This document shows, one piece after another, positions 52,954 to 64,000 of a stretch of 64,000 nt of DNA. The first letter of the stretch is position 1, and each line of letters begins with the position of its first letter. The position numbers and the translations under genes are program-made. The DNA comes from Dimorphilus gyrociliatus (Eukaryota > Animalia > Annelida). The stretch covers positions 2,537,891-2,601,890 of the forward strand of contig CAJFCJ010000002.1 of NCBI GenBank assembly GCA_904063045.1, in the 5' to 3' direction. Under the pieces are notes generated by a model. It was not told where the DNA came from. It made no database searches and saw only the letters and a program-made list of their open reading frames with translations.

Positions 52954-55900
52954 AATATAAATACGATCGGACCCGGATACCAGTTGTAGTCCTTAGGCTA
53001 GCATTCTCTAATAGGCCTGTTTCATGGTGAAAGAAAGAAAAATAGAATGAAGTAAATTGAACTAGGCAATACAATACAAAACATATATATAAATACTAAA
53101 TTCAGTATATAAGTATATACTTGACTATATATCTATAGTCCGCCACGCCGTATTCTCTTCAAGATTTTAACAAACTTATCCTCTTAATAGAATAATTATT
53201 TTTAATATATGAAATTAGTGGAAGGGAAATAAGGGAAGGGCGTTTTTTCGTGACTGGTAAAAGCAACGCACTGTTTCCTGACTATGACGTGAGCTGAAAG
53301 GTAAAGGAAATCGCTAAGCCGTGGCGGATTTTGTTTGATTTTTTTCTAGTTCTTAAACAAAAAGAAAGAGGATATATTACTATGATATTATTGGTGTTAT
53401 TAAAAATAACATAAACGATCGATTAATCTTTAAGATAAGGTCATTTTCCTTCTTTATCTTTATTGTCTTTTCATAAAAATATCCTTTCATACTATTCGAT
53501 TATATTAATTGTAAATTAGTCATGTGATCGTCCTTAGAGACAATGGCCAAAGCCAACTGTTCAATTATAAATATCTCAATTGCTGTCTGAGTAATATTGT
53601 TTTTACGAGGTTTTGGGAGACGGTTTAAGTGGGAGCGAATAAAAGACTTCTTGGAGGGGTATTGAAATTAATAGATAGAGAATGAGCGAGAGAGAGGAAG
53701 AGGGAGAGTGAGAGAAAAAAGCTTTTTTTTTTCCAGCAAATCTAATTCTTATGCATATTTGAGAAAGTATACTTTGTGAATAATTGCAAAGCGTCTATTT
53801 TAGAACAGAGCTTAGCACTCGATTTCACTTTAATAATAAATAAATAGTACAAGTAAAGAGCAAACGACATTAAAAGTAGTTTTAGAGGTCAAGAGTGCTA
53901 TTGATCATTACGATGAGCTAATCTATTGTGCCGCTTCATAATGTAAATTAGGCGAGAGACGTTAAATTGCGCCGCTAACTATCCGCAATACTCGTGCAAT
54001 CGACTCGATAGTCTTCAAAGGCCTTAAGAAATGTCTAATCTATAGTATAGACTAATTTCACACTAACGTGTCAAAAGTTGATACAAAGGCTGTTAAGTAG
54101 GAAACTCTATCAATTGAAACAAAGGTGATAAAAATATTATATAACTGAATAGAGAGGGAGAGAGGGAGAGAGAAAGACAGATTTCACCGGAAGGCAGTTG
54201 CCATAAAATCGAAAAAAAAAACCTAAATAAATAAGTAACAAAAGTAAACAATTTGAGTCCGTTTCGCGACAAACTAGCACGATCAAAGCTGCACGACCAA
54301 TCGCCATCAATCAGCTCAGTCGAAATATCCGTTCCGGAGAAAAAGCAAAAAAATCGTATTGTAATAAGGGATTTTGCAGTGTACTTTTTTGTAAATAGAA
54401 CGGAGAATGGAGGAATGGATTACTGGGAGAAAAAAAAACAAATAAGGCTTTCGAAGATGGGATGGTGATATCAAGGCCGATAACTGTAGAGACTCAGCTC
54501 TCCTCTTCGAATCGGATTATGCACTTGCCACGTTTTCGCAAGAAAATACAGTTTGCTCATCAATCGACCGAGCAGATTCGATTTGGCGCCTGTTTATTCG
54601 ACAGATTTGGCGGTAAGACTGAAAAGAAGGGTAGAAAATCAAATAAACCGGTAAAGATGTACCTCGTTTTCCATGTTTCACAATGATAGTCAAATTGTGT
54701 AATCGCTAATGAATATAGAACATGATAAAATGGAGAAAAAAGAGAGCAAAATATAGGAAACCTCTGCTATACTCTATAATTCAGTTAATCGAAAGAACCA
54801 ATTCCGTCCACTTCCCATTTGAGTTATCACGTGACACTTTTGCTAAACGGGAAATGTGTGTGAAGGGCAACATACTGGTTATAAGATATGGACCTTTCTC
54901 GCGTTTAAGTATTTTTCAATACGGCGTCACAGATCAAGTGACTCCCTTAAGGAGGTTACCTCAGAATTCCTATTAAATAACTTAGGCCTAGAGATAATAT
55001 TGCAATCTAGTATATCAGAAATGAGAAAAAATCTCTGTAACGCAATCTCCTTCGATCACGTGATCTGGGGACACTTAAAAAGTGAGGGGTTAAGGCCAGA
55101 TAACAAGGCATACGTGATTCTATGATAAAAAAAAGGAATTCTAAAAAGGAAACCTTGACTGATAAATATTCATTCCCGCGAAAATATTGACACAAGCCAA
55201 TCGACGCTCCAGCGCTTTTGCCAACAATGATATTGAGCGACCGTCTTCGATTTGGTACCCCTTAAGTATCGATTTTTTTTAGCATCCGTATACATTAATA
55301 AATGAAGGTTAATGTAATATTGTTACATACATATAAATACGTCTGTAAACTGCATATATTGCAGTACGCAGTGTTGTAGCGTGTATCCAAAAAAAACAGA
55401 CATTACTTTATTTACAAACAGTTATGAACTGTAAATGATGTGTTGTATCGGAAATCTTCAGAAATAATAGAAACATAAGCTATAAATAGATACAAACATT
55501 TTTACAGGTGCGTGAATGAAAGTTATCATTTGAGGAAGAAAAAAAACACTAATTTCTAATATTAAATATTTTAGTAATAGAAATAAAAACCTTAAAATAT
55601 TAATTAACTTTTCGAATTGGTACGTCAAGTAATGGCTGAGAACAGCTTCTATACAAAGCAAATTAATAAATGTATTGTTCTTTGTCTATACTTTCTAAAT
55701 CTATAGTTACCATTAGTGTACAGGAAAAACGAAATATGTTGAATATATATATATATATATATTAATATATATATACAGTATATATATAGAATATATAGAT
55801 AATATATAAATATTGCTTAAAAAAAGAAATGAATTTACACTTTGTTGGGTAAAGGAAAGAACATAAAAAACCAAGACTTGGTGAATAATGTATGAATCTA

Positions 55901-56746
55901 CCAAAAAAAAAATATATGTAACGCTTGGGAAAAGACGTTTGTATAATGTGTGCTATAGGCAAGTAACTATAACTTTAAGCTTATACGAATGTAATATGGT
56001 TTTACAGAAGCCATCTAGCTATTACTTCACTTAAAATTTGAGGTTTGAAGATATATAGAGAAATTATTTGAAAGATACGAATTAAATAAGTTTCAATGAA
56101 ATGCACTGCACAGCCGTTCTGTATAATCGAAATTGATGTATATGCAATGAGACAAAGTTAATTATTTGGTCGTAACTGTTTTTAGAGATGAGAAGAAAGA
56201 GTAGGGAATTACTGAATGATTCATAATTTTTTTCAATTGAGCATAAATATTATAAAGCAACGAACTTAAAGCTTTTTTTTATTAGAATATAAACAGAGAG
56301 AATCCTACTCTCAAGAGCCAAATTTAAATGTTTGCCTTAAAAACAAATTCCATATAAAAAAGTGAATAAAGAGGACAGATTGCACAGATAAATAGATATT
56401 CGCATAGCTCTGAAGGAAGTTGTATTTAAATATATAATTCGAAATCTGTCGTTAAACACTTGAAACTTGCAGATATCTTCGGGATATTATTTTTTTATCA
56501 TTCAACTATGCACTATAGCAAGATATTTCATTCAAATCCTTTATTTGCCATCGCTTTCGTTCAAAAGCTATTGGCATTTCCCCTTTTATTGTTCCCTTCC
56601 TTTTATTCTCACCCTCTCTCTTCTTGTCTACTTAATTCTCTTTCTCACACACGTGAGATATAAATTTATATACTATATTTTAAATAAGGTATATACAATC
56701 GTTACCTCTATTATTTGTACCTATATTTGTACACTCTATAGCCTTG

Positions 56747-56768
56747 TCTCTCTCTCTCTCTCTCTCTC
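56747..56768. repeat. (TC)n microsatellite
   Basis: About 11 TC units. Confidence 0.85.
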
Positions 56769-58603
56769 TATCCTTTATCTCCCTCTCCTCCAATAAAAAA
56801 TCAATGGAAATCCGAAAAAAAGAAACCTGGCAATGGTTGATCTACATCATAAAAAAAGAAGAATTGAGGCAATCTAAAAAACGTGTTAAGATTACATTGT
56901 CGAGTAGTTAAATCAATAGTAGTACATTTGTTGAATTTATTACTATTTTTACGATTACACTTTTATGGCTTTCCATAGTTCTATGCGTTTGATTTCAAAG
57001 ATACAATTTTGAAAAGTACGTACTCAACATCCTAAAGTGCAAGTGTCTAGGTTGTTTAGTTGTTCGTGACAAACTTAGATCTTGGCAAAAACCGTAATAT
57101 AATTTCCGGTACGGTCAAAACAGAAAATTGTTAATTTTTGTGGCGATTATTGTTAGATGACGGGAAAATAAAGATCTAAAGAAAAAGGGGAAAAGTTGGT
57201 AGAAAAAAGTCACGCCTTCAGTCAAACTGACAAACTCGTTATCGCTCGATGCGACAAACTGAAATGTCAGGCCTATTATATAAGCTCTCTCAACTGCGCA
57301 TTGCATTATTCACGCCCACTCAGAAGAGGGGATGGTAAAAGCTCCATAGAGCAAATATGGACTTAACGAGTCGAACGACTAAACGAAAGTATCAATAAAT
57401 AATTAAGGATCTTGGTCAGTCTCGTTGTTTTTTTTTATTCCTCTCTGACGTCAAAACACCCCTCGTTGTGATATAACCGGGAGGCAATCGTGCATGAAAC
57501 GTTGCAGATTTTTGCAGTAGGAGCAAAAAAGGGGTCGGGTCGAGCGTGTCGAATGATTTATTATCACGGCGTCTGACTTAAAGGATAAGCGAAGCGAGAA
57601 TATACGTTCGTCCCTTCGCAGCCTGAGAAAATTTGTTCCTAGATTAATGGAATTTAGACAAGTGCAGTTTCCTTTTCAGCTGCAAAACAAAGCAGCTGCA
57701 AAGAAAATTGATTAAATCTAACGAAGTAAACCGACACTCTTGCCATACAACACCCTTTAACTGTAATACGGCGGCCGCAAATAACGTATTGCAGTATCGA
57801 TTTCGTCCAGTATATATGACAAGTGTGCTAGCCGTTAATCAATAATGAGATGCGTCCGGACATGATGATGGATGTATTGTATTATTTTTACGTATATTTC
57901 TCATTCCAGCAGAGATTTCTGTTTTCCGACTAGAAAGCGCGGCCGCTTTGAAAGCAAACAAAACAGAGTGAAACCTGCAATTCATTACGACTTTTGCAGT
58001 AGCCCGCTGTGAAAAATCTGCTTTTCACATTTTTAAAAAAAATTGAAAAAAACTGTTGTCTTTCCCTCCAACGTTAGTATTTATATACAATTTTATCATT
58101 AGTACTCAATTTACTAATAATAGAGATTAACTAACCTGCAGGGACAATGTTCACTTATCGAACGTCAATTAGTGACGCCGATTTTATGTGCTTTGCATCT
58201 CATAAATCTTTGAACATAATTGAAATGTTGAAATCACTGAACTTCTTTCAACCGTTGAAATTTTCCTCTTTTAGTAAAAGTTCACGGTGAAGTAAAACAA
58301 CGTGCAATATCTTCTGTTGATATTTCGGCGGCTATTACTCGTCGAGCGAATCAAAATAGACTGGAACCATCTTCCAGTTCCCTTAACCTTCTAGCAAGTT
58401 TATAATTTACAAGCGAACCATAAGGGGGCAAACGCCATCTGCAGGAATCGTTACCCATATTGATATTTAGTTACAGATGGTAGAATTATATTTAAAAAAA
58501 TTAATAAAGTCGTCATCATCATCATGTAGCATATTGCATTCAATTAGTAGAGTGAAAATGCGGGCTAAAGCTAATAGACATTAAACCGATAGAATTTTGG
58601 TGG

Positions 58604-58617
58604 AAAAAAAAGAAAAA
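58604..58617 (-). terminator. RNA polymerase III terminator (T5-C-T8) of the 5S gene
   Basis: Oligo-T runs immediately 3' of the 5S sequence on the minus strand. Confidence 0.85.
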
Positions 58618-58735
58618 GAATACGGCACCCAGTGTTCCCAGGCGGTCTCCCATCCAAGTACTGACTGGGCCGTACGTCATTTAACTTCGGTGATCGGACG
58701 AGAACCGGTGCTTGTAACGTCGTATGGCCGTATAC
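58617..58735 (-). rRNA. 5S: 5S ribosomal RNA (119 nt)
   Basis: GTATACGGCCATAC...GATCACCGAAGTTAA...AGTACTTGGATGGGAGACCGCCTGGGAA...GGGTGCCGTA. Helices I, II (with bulged A63) and V pair by eye. Confidence 0.97.
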
Positions 58736-58758
58736 AATAACAACAGTATTTACTTGCC

Positions 58759-58765
58759 TTTTATA
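58759..58765 (-). promoter_or_regulatory. TATA-like element at -30..-24 of the 5S gene
   Basis: TATAAAA on the minus strand 24-30 nt upstream of the 5S +1, the position known for upstream elements of invertebrate 5S genes. Confidence 0.6.
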
Positions 58766-60142
58766 CAAAGATAGCCAGACTTTTTTTTACTTAGCAAGGA
58801 ATTTCTTGTTTTTCCGTAAAGTTTATCCAAAAAGCTGATATTCGTTTATCAACTACTTGTCAATATTTTATCTATGGTATTCTACCGATGAACTAACTGG
58901 CCTTTTAGCAACACGGGCGGATTTCTTATATATTAGTATATACAGTATATATATATATATATATATATATAAATTTATATATACAGTATATACATACAGA
59001 GTATACGAGAGAATATGTTACATCTAACATATAGCGGCTGCTTTTCTTGCACATTTAATAATAAGAACAAAATATAAGTACTCTTTTAAAATCCTCACCC
59101 TTAAATTTGGTTCAAAGATCAAAAGAAATTTGTAATTCTTTTTTCTCTCAGAGAAATTATCGATTTGAATTTGAGCGTTAACTAGAAAAATATCCATGTT
59201 TTTCTATTGTATGCGTATATAAAGACTTGTTATAAGTAAAATATCAATGTTTGGAGTATATAAGATAGCTAAATGTTTTGATAAACCTCAGTATAGTAAC
59301 AGATCTCAATAAAAAAACAAAATATTCAGGTAATCTTATCAAAGCATTCATATATGATAATTTATTTCTGGTGTATTTGCATCAAAATCCTAATTTATGA
59401 AGAATAAGTACACACGCACACGCACATGCACATACGCATGAAGATAAGGCAGAAAACAGCTGAAAAAATAAAGATAATTAGTAAAGAAAAAAATTTCCCT
59501 CCCAAAAAAGATAACACCTGAACCCAACTTACTTTTGTACTTTCGCTAACAAGATAAAAACTTGTTGACATTTCTAGGGCCCAATGTATGAATGATAGAG
59601 GTCATCTATTTTAGAGGTATAGATTACTTTCAAATCTCATTGAACTTATCAACCATATCGTGAGGAACTTTGGGCTAGAAAAAAGAGAAGACAAATTACA
59701 AATATTAACGATAAATGAAGGACATTTTCCGTCTGGAGTAAGTTCTACGAAATAGTAAAAAATTAGATGAAGAATGTAACGTAAACATGGATAAATATTT
59801 TTCGTAATTAGCTTTTTTTCTTACATCATTATCAGTAAATTGTGCCAAAATACGAGTTTCTCTTCAACTGTAAATTATGTTTAACTAAGTTAATTTGTAG
59901 AAAAACATAAACAATATAGAATAATATTTAGTATAGGATACTCTAAACGATGTTGTTTTTTTTTTTTACTTTATTTAATATAGAATTTATGAGCTGTACA
60001 AATGATTTATACAACGAAGAATAATAAAATAACATTAACTGAAAATCTCTATTTGTAAAGTTTCAATAGGTGACATTTAATGCATCGCTGTATTATCAAT
60101 TTTAATGCGATTTTTGTTTATGGTTCGTATCGCTGTAATGCA

Positions 60143-60973
60143 TTATCTCTTCCGGCTATTACCCTTTCGTTTTTGCTTTGTTCGTTTTGTCTTCTCTGAT
60201 TTGTAAGATTTCCTTTTATCCATCATTTTCTTTTTCCTTAATTTTTTTTGTCTTTGGTATTTATTAGCAGCTTGATGGTTCTTTCTATTATAGGAAATTT
60301 GAAGAAAAAGCTCAGTAAATTTAATATTATTAGTATTTATAATACTTACTTTTTTTTATTTGATAAGTCTCCATTATTCTCCAAGGATGGCGACTGAAAA
60401 TGGGTAAAAGGTAATTATCAATAACGATTTATTACGGTTAAAGAGAGATTCCATTTACAAACTTCTTCATCTAATTCAGTTCTTTCATCTTCATCATTGG
60501 CATTAGATGCACCTTGAAATAAATGAGTTATTGTAACTACGTGATTCGGTAGCTTAATTGTCTCTGAATTAGTTTCTTCCGTTTCCTCTCTTTCTGATAT
60601 ATTGAACGTCCTCTTAGAGTTGCTTTTAGGCGGCTCTACCTGTTTGATTATTTGTTAATTGTTAATGAAGGAAATAACTGAAGAGCATTAACCAACCTTG
60701 TTCTTTACAATTTTCGTTTCCTTTTTTTGTTTGTTCTTTTCTTTCTTTGATTTTCGTTTTTGTTGAGAGTGAGCAGCAAGATATGTACTGAGAATGATCG
60801 ATAATAGGGTTTAATAAAGTACCGTGCAGTAAACAATTCAAGCATTTATTGGTCTGCACACACTTATTCAATAACAGCAATGCAGATATCATAATCTTTT
60901 ATTACCTTCGTAACTCTTCATCAAATTTCAAAACCGTCTTAGAGGCCGTCGATTTTTTTCTAGTCTTACCCAT
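60143..60973 (-). CDS. NOL12: Nucleolar protein 12 / Rrp17-like (5 small exons)
   Basis: MGKTRKKSTASKTVLKFDEELR|RTYL... and SETIKLPNHVVTITHL resemble the NOL12 FDEEKRREYL and HPNHTVTVTTI motifs. The basic C-terminus ends KRKGNSRKR*. All four junctions are GT-AG and in phase. Confidence 0.8.
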
Positions 60974-61022
60974 GCTTTCGTAAAAGAGCACAACGAGATT
61001 TCAATATTTCTCCTCAATACAG

Positions 61023-61079
61023 ATCACGTGACCAAACTGGATCTACCAGTTTGTATACAAGGAAGTAAGGTCATGTGAC
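61023..61079. promoter_or_regulatory. Paired E-boxes (ATCACGTGAC and GTCATGTGAC) in the NOL12/SLC7A divergent promoter
   Basis: Motifs read directly at 61023-61032 and 61070-61079; function is inferred. Confidence 0.45.
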
Positions 61080-61391
61080 AATTAAGAGAGATCTTTGTCT
61101 GTTTTTATTGTTTATTATTCCAATCAAGCATTTTATAGTTGACCAAACTGCAAAAGATGATTTTAAAACAATTTTAGTTCAAGTTATACACACGTTTTTA
61201 ATAAGGTTTGTGGTTTATAGTCATATTTCATTATCCTCTTCAGCAGTTTACCATATCGAATATTGTTTTGACAATTTAAACAAGATTTAGTTTATTTACA
61301 ATGCATTACTTCTATAAAGTTAAGTTTGAATATATGTTATATGTATTTTATTTCGTTTTTCAGATAGAATTGAAATCGATTCTGCACTAAT

Positions 61392-63246
61392 ATGGGAGAT
61401 GTTAACTTATGCTATAGAATTTTCACAATATTGACAAGAAGGAAGATAATCAGTCAGGGTACCATTGAGCAATCTGACTTGTCAAGGTGTTTATCATTGA
61501 TTGACTTAACTTTTTTGGGGGTAGGATCAACTTTAGGAGCTGGCATATACGTTCTTGCAGGACAAGTTGCAAGAGATGTGGCAGGTATGTTAAATGCGCA
61601 CTTTCAATATAAATAATGATTCAAAGTTATGAACTATATATAGCTGAGGCTTATGATTTACATTGTTTAACTGATTAGATATAATAGAAAAAAGTAATTT
61701 AAAAAACTATTGTTTTATTTTAGGTCCGGCTGTAATAGTGAGCTTTTTCATCGCCGCACTCGCCTCTATTCTCTCTGGGCTCTGTTATGCTGAATTTGGA
61801 GCAAGAGTACCTAAAGCTGGATCAGCTTATGTCTATTCTTACGTTACAGTTGGGGAAACATTAGCTTTCATTATAGGTTGGAACTTGATATTGGAATATA
61901 TAATTGGTGTATCCAGCGTAGCAAGATCATGGAGTGCTTATATGGATAGCTTTTTCAATGGTGTAATTGCAAAGCATTTTCAGGAAGCTATGCCTATGCA
62001 TGTTAAAATGTTCTCAGATTATCCAGACTTTTTAGCTTTTGCGCTATGTATTGTTTTAGCGATTATACTTGCAGTTGGCGTTCAAGAAGCCTCAAAATTC
62101 AATCTTATATTCACAGGATTGAATTTACTTGTTGTGATATATGCTGTTACTGTTGGTGCGTTTAAGGCGGATATAAAGAATTGGGAGATAAATACAACTT
62201 CTCTACATAATAATACTAGATACGGAACGGGAGGATTTGCTCCTTTCGGTTTTAGGGGAATACTCACTGGGGCGGCCACCTGTTTTTATGCTTTTGTGGG
62301 ATTTGATGCTATTGCGACAACTGGAGAAGAAGCAATAAATCCTCGAAAAAATATTCCTTTGAGTATAATAGCCTCATTACTAGCGTGCTGTTTAGCATAT
62401 TTGGCCACTTCAACTATAATTACTCTTCTTGTGCCCTATTATAATTTGGATGAAAATGCTGCTCTTCCATTAGCATTCCGTCAAGTTGGTTATCCAATTG
62501 CACAATACGTGATAGGTGTTGGAGCCATGTGTGGTTTGACAACGTCCCTGCTGGGAAGTATGTTCCCTGTGCCTCGAGTTATTTATGCCATGGCGAGCGA
62601 CGGTTTACTTTTTCACTTTCTCTCTGTTGTCAATGATAAATTTAAAACGCCGGTTAGAGCTACAATGGTTGCCGGGTTAATAGCAGGAATATTTGCTCTA
62701 CTCTTTGATTTAAAGTCCTTGGTTGATATGATGTCAATAGGAACCTTGTTAGCATATACACTTGTTGGTATATCTGTGTTAGTTCTCAGATATAGGATAG
62801 AAGAAGAATCGAATCATAAAGTTACTCTTTCTATTTTATCTATTGTAATGGCATCTGCTTCAATAAGCATGTATGTGACTTTTTTGGGGAACGAAATCGC
62901 AGAAGGAAAATGGTGGGCATTATTGTTAATAAGTATATCTGGATTGATCGTCCTATGCTGTACCATTCTCGTTGCTGTACAACAGCAGAACAATGACGAC
63001 ATTTATTTTAAAGTTCCTCTTGTACCTGTAATTCCAATTTTGAGTATTTTTGTTAACGTATTCCTGATGTTTAAACTGCGTGGGCCAACGTGGGTACGAT
63101 TTGGAATATGGATGGGCTTAGGATTTCTAATATATTTCATATATGGCATTCGAAATAGTTCAGCAAAAGAGAATATCAGAAAGGAAACGGATGATATAGA
63201 CTATCCAGAAACGCTGCATAATGATAATGAAAAATTAATTAACTAA
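61392..63246 (+). CDS. Cationic amino-acid transporter (SLC7A1-4/CAT family), 2 exons
   Basis: [19 protein letters not shown]|[72 protein letters not shown]. Confidence 0.93.
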
Positions 63247-63435
63247 TTTGTTTATTAAGCATTCACTGTCAGAGTTTAACTATAAACACTCTATATCACT
63301 TCTAAATATTGTATTTAATAAAGAAACAAAAATGAGAAGAAATAGAAACGTTTGTCTTAACTACAAACTAGATAGAAAAATATTTTTTTTTTTTTGAAAA
63401 GGTAAATAGAGCACCAAACTAATTAAGTACAATAG

Positions 63436-64000
63436 TTAATCGTATTCATGAGCTGAATATAATTTAGTTGATCCAGCAACGGTGAATCCTTTCTCCTCTA
63501 GAATTTCATCATCTTCTTCGCACAAATTCTTGCTTAAGTCAAAAGTAAGTTCATCCTCAAACTCTCTACCTTGACTGAAATTTATAATTAAGTATTATTG
63601 TTATACAAAATATGGTTTACAATATTATTTTATTAGATTACAAATAAGTATAGACTTAATTATAAAATATTGCTTATTTCAATATTTGTACGAGTTAAAA
63701 TGCAACCAGTTGATTGATCGTAATGAATTGCCATGTGTTTACTTTAAAATTGATTTTCTAGCAATTGATAAATACGTTTTATTTTTTTTTTGCATTAAGC
63801 AATATCTATGGCAAACTTACTTCACTGGATGTACTCCTGCTCCTCCGTTGTTGTTACCATTACTACTTTCAATGATATTACCATTCCCATTACCACTTGC
63901 CGGTCCATTATTATTAAAGGGAGCTGAAAGGGCTGATGTTGTGTCCTCTGTATTTACAACAAATGATCTGAAACCTTTTGGTCCAAAATTCTTTCCGTAA
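63436..64000 (-). CDS. 3' end of a CRP/MLP-type LIM protein (partial; runs off the window)
   Basis: The minus frame from 63999 reads YGKNFGPKGF, the Gly-rich motif that follows LIM domains in CSRP proteins. A phase-2 intron (63575-63820) joins an acidic terminal exon 63436-63574. The LIM cysteines lie outside the window. Confidence 0.6.

Noticed and set aside
57590-57630. GTTCGTCCC resembling a tRNA T-loop
   Set aside because: No cloverleaf, A box or acceptor stem can be built.
58752-58772. GCCTTTTATACAAAGA resembling U5 snRNA loop 1 next to the 5S gene
   Set aside because: No flanking U5 stem or Sm site; the bases coincide with the 5S upstream TATA element on the other strand.
51569-58980. 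Identical (TA)n-AAATTT-(AT)n motif at about 51570-51600 and 58947-58980 as a possible MITE remnant
   Set aside because: Low-complexity match only; no shared flanks, terminal inverted repeats or target-site duplications.
291-63002. Many antisense or overlapping ORFs in the track (e.g. 291-596, 3723-4022, 22384-22671, 37409-37852, 48305-48628, 62082-62279)
   Set aside because: They are shadows of real coding exons on the opposite strand or in another frame.

Overview
AT-rich, gene-dense eukaryotic (metazoan) genomic DNA. Introns are GT-AG and mostly very short (about 50-70 nt). The compact layout is reminiscent of miniaturised invertebrate genomes such as the annelid Dimorphilus; this is inference only. 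I reconstructed about 17 protein-coding genes by hand splicing: TTC33, a short stathmin, an SLC16-type MFS transporter, ECM29/ECPAS, NEK8, an LDLa-TM-PPxY receptor, two ADA2/CECR1 paralogs flanking nardilysin and a large orphan low-complexity gene, mucolipin, CTDSPL2, CERS1, a Shisa/WBP1-like Cys-rich receptor, NOL12 (absent from the ORF track), an SLC7A cationic amino-acid transporter, and the 3' end of a CRP/MLP-like LIM protein. There is also one solitary, structurally intact 5S rRNA gene. The most notable system is the pair of secreted ADA2 enzymes, each fused to a C-terminal IPT/TIG domain. That domain has been homogenised between copies (311 bp, 2 mismatches), while the catalytic parts have diverged and differ by one intron. 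No CRISPR array, tRNA or recognisable transposon was found. Exon coordinates are manual and not RNA-verified.
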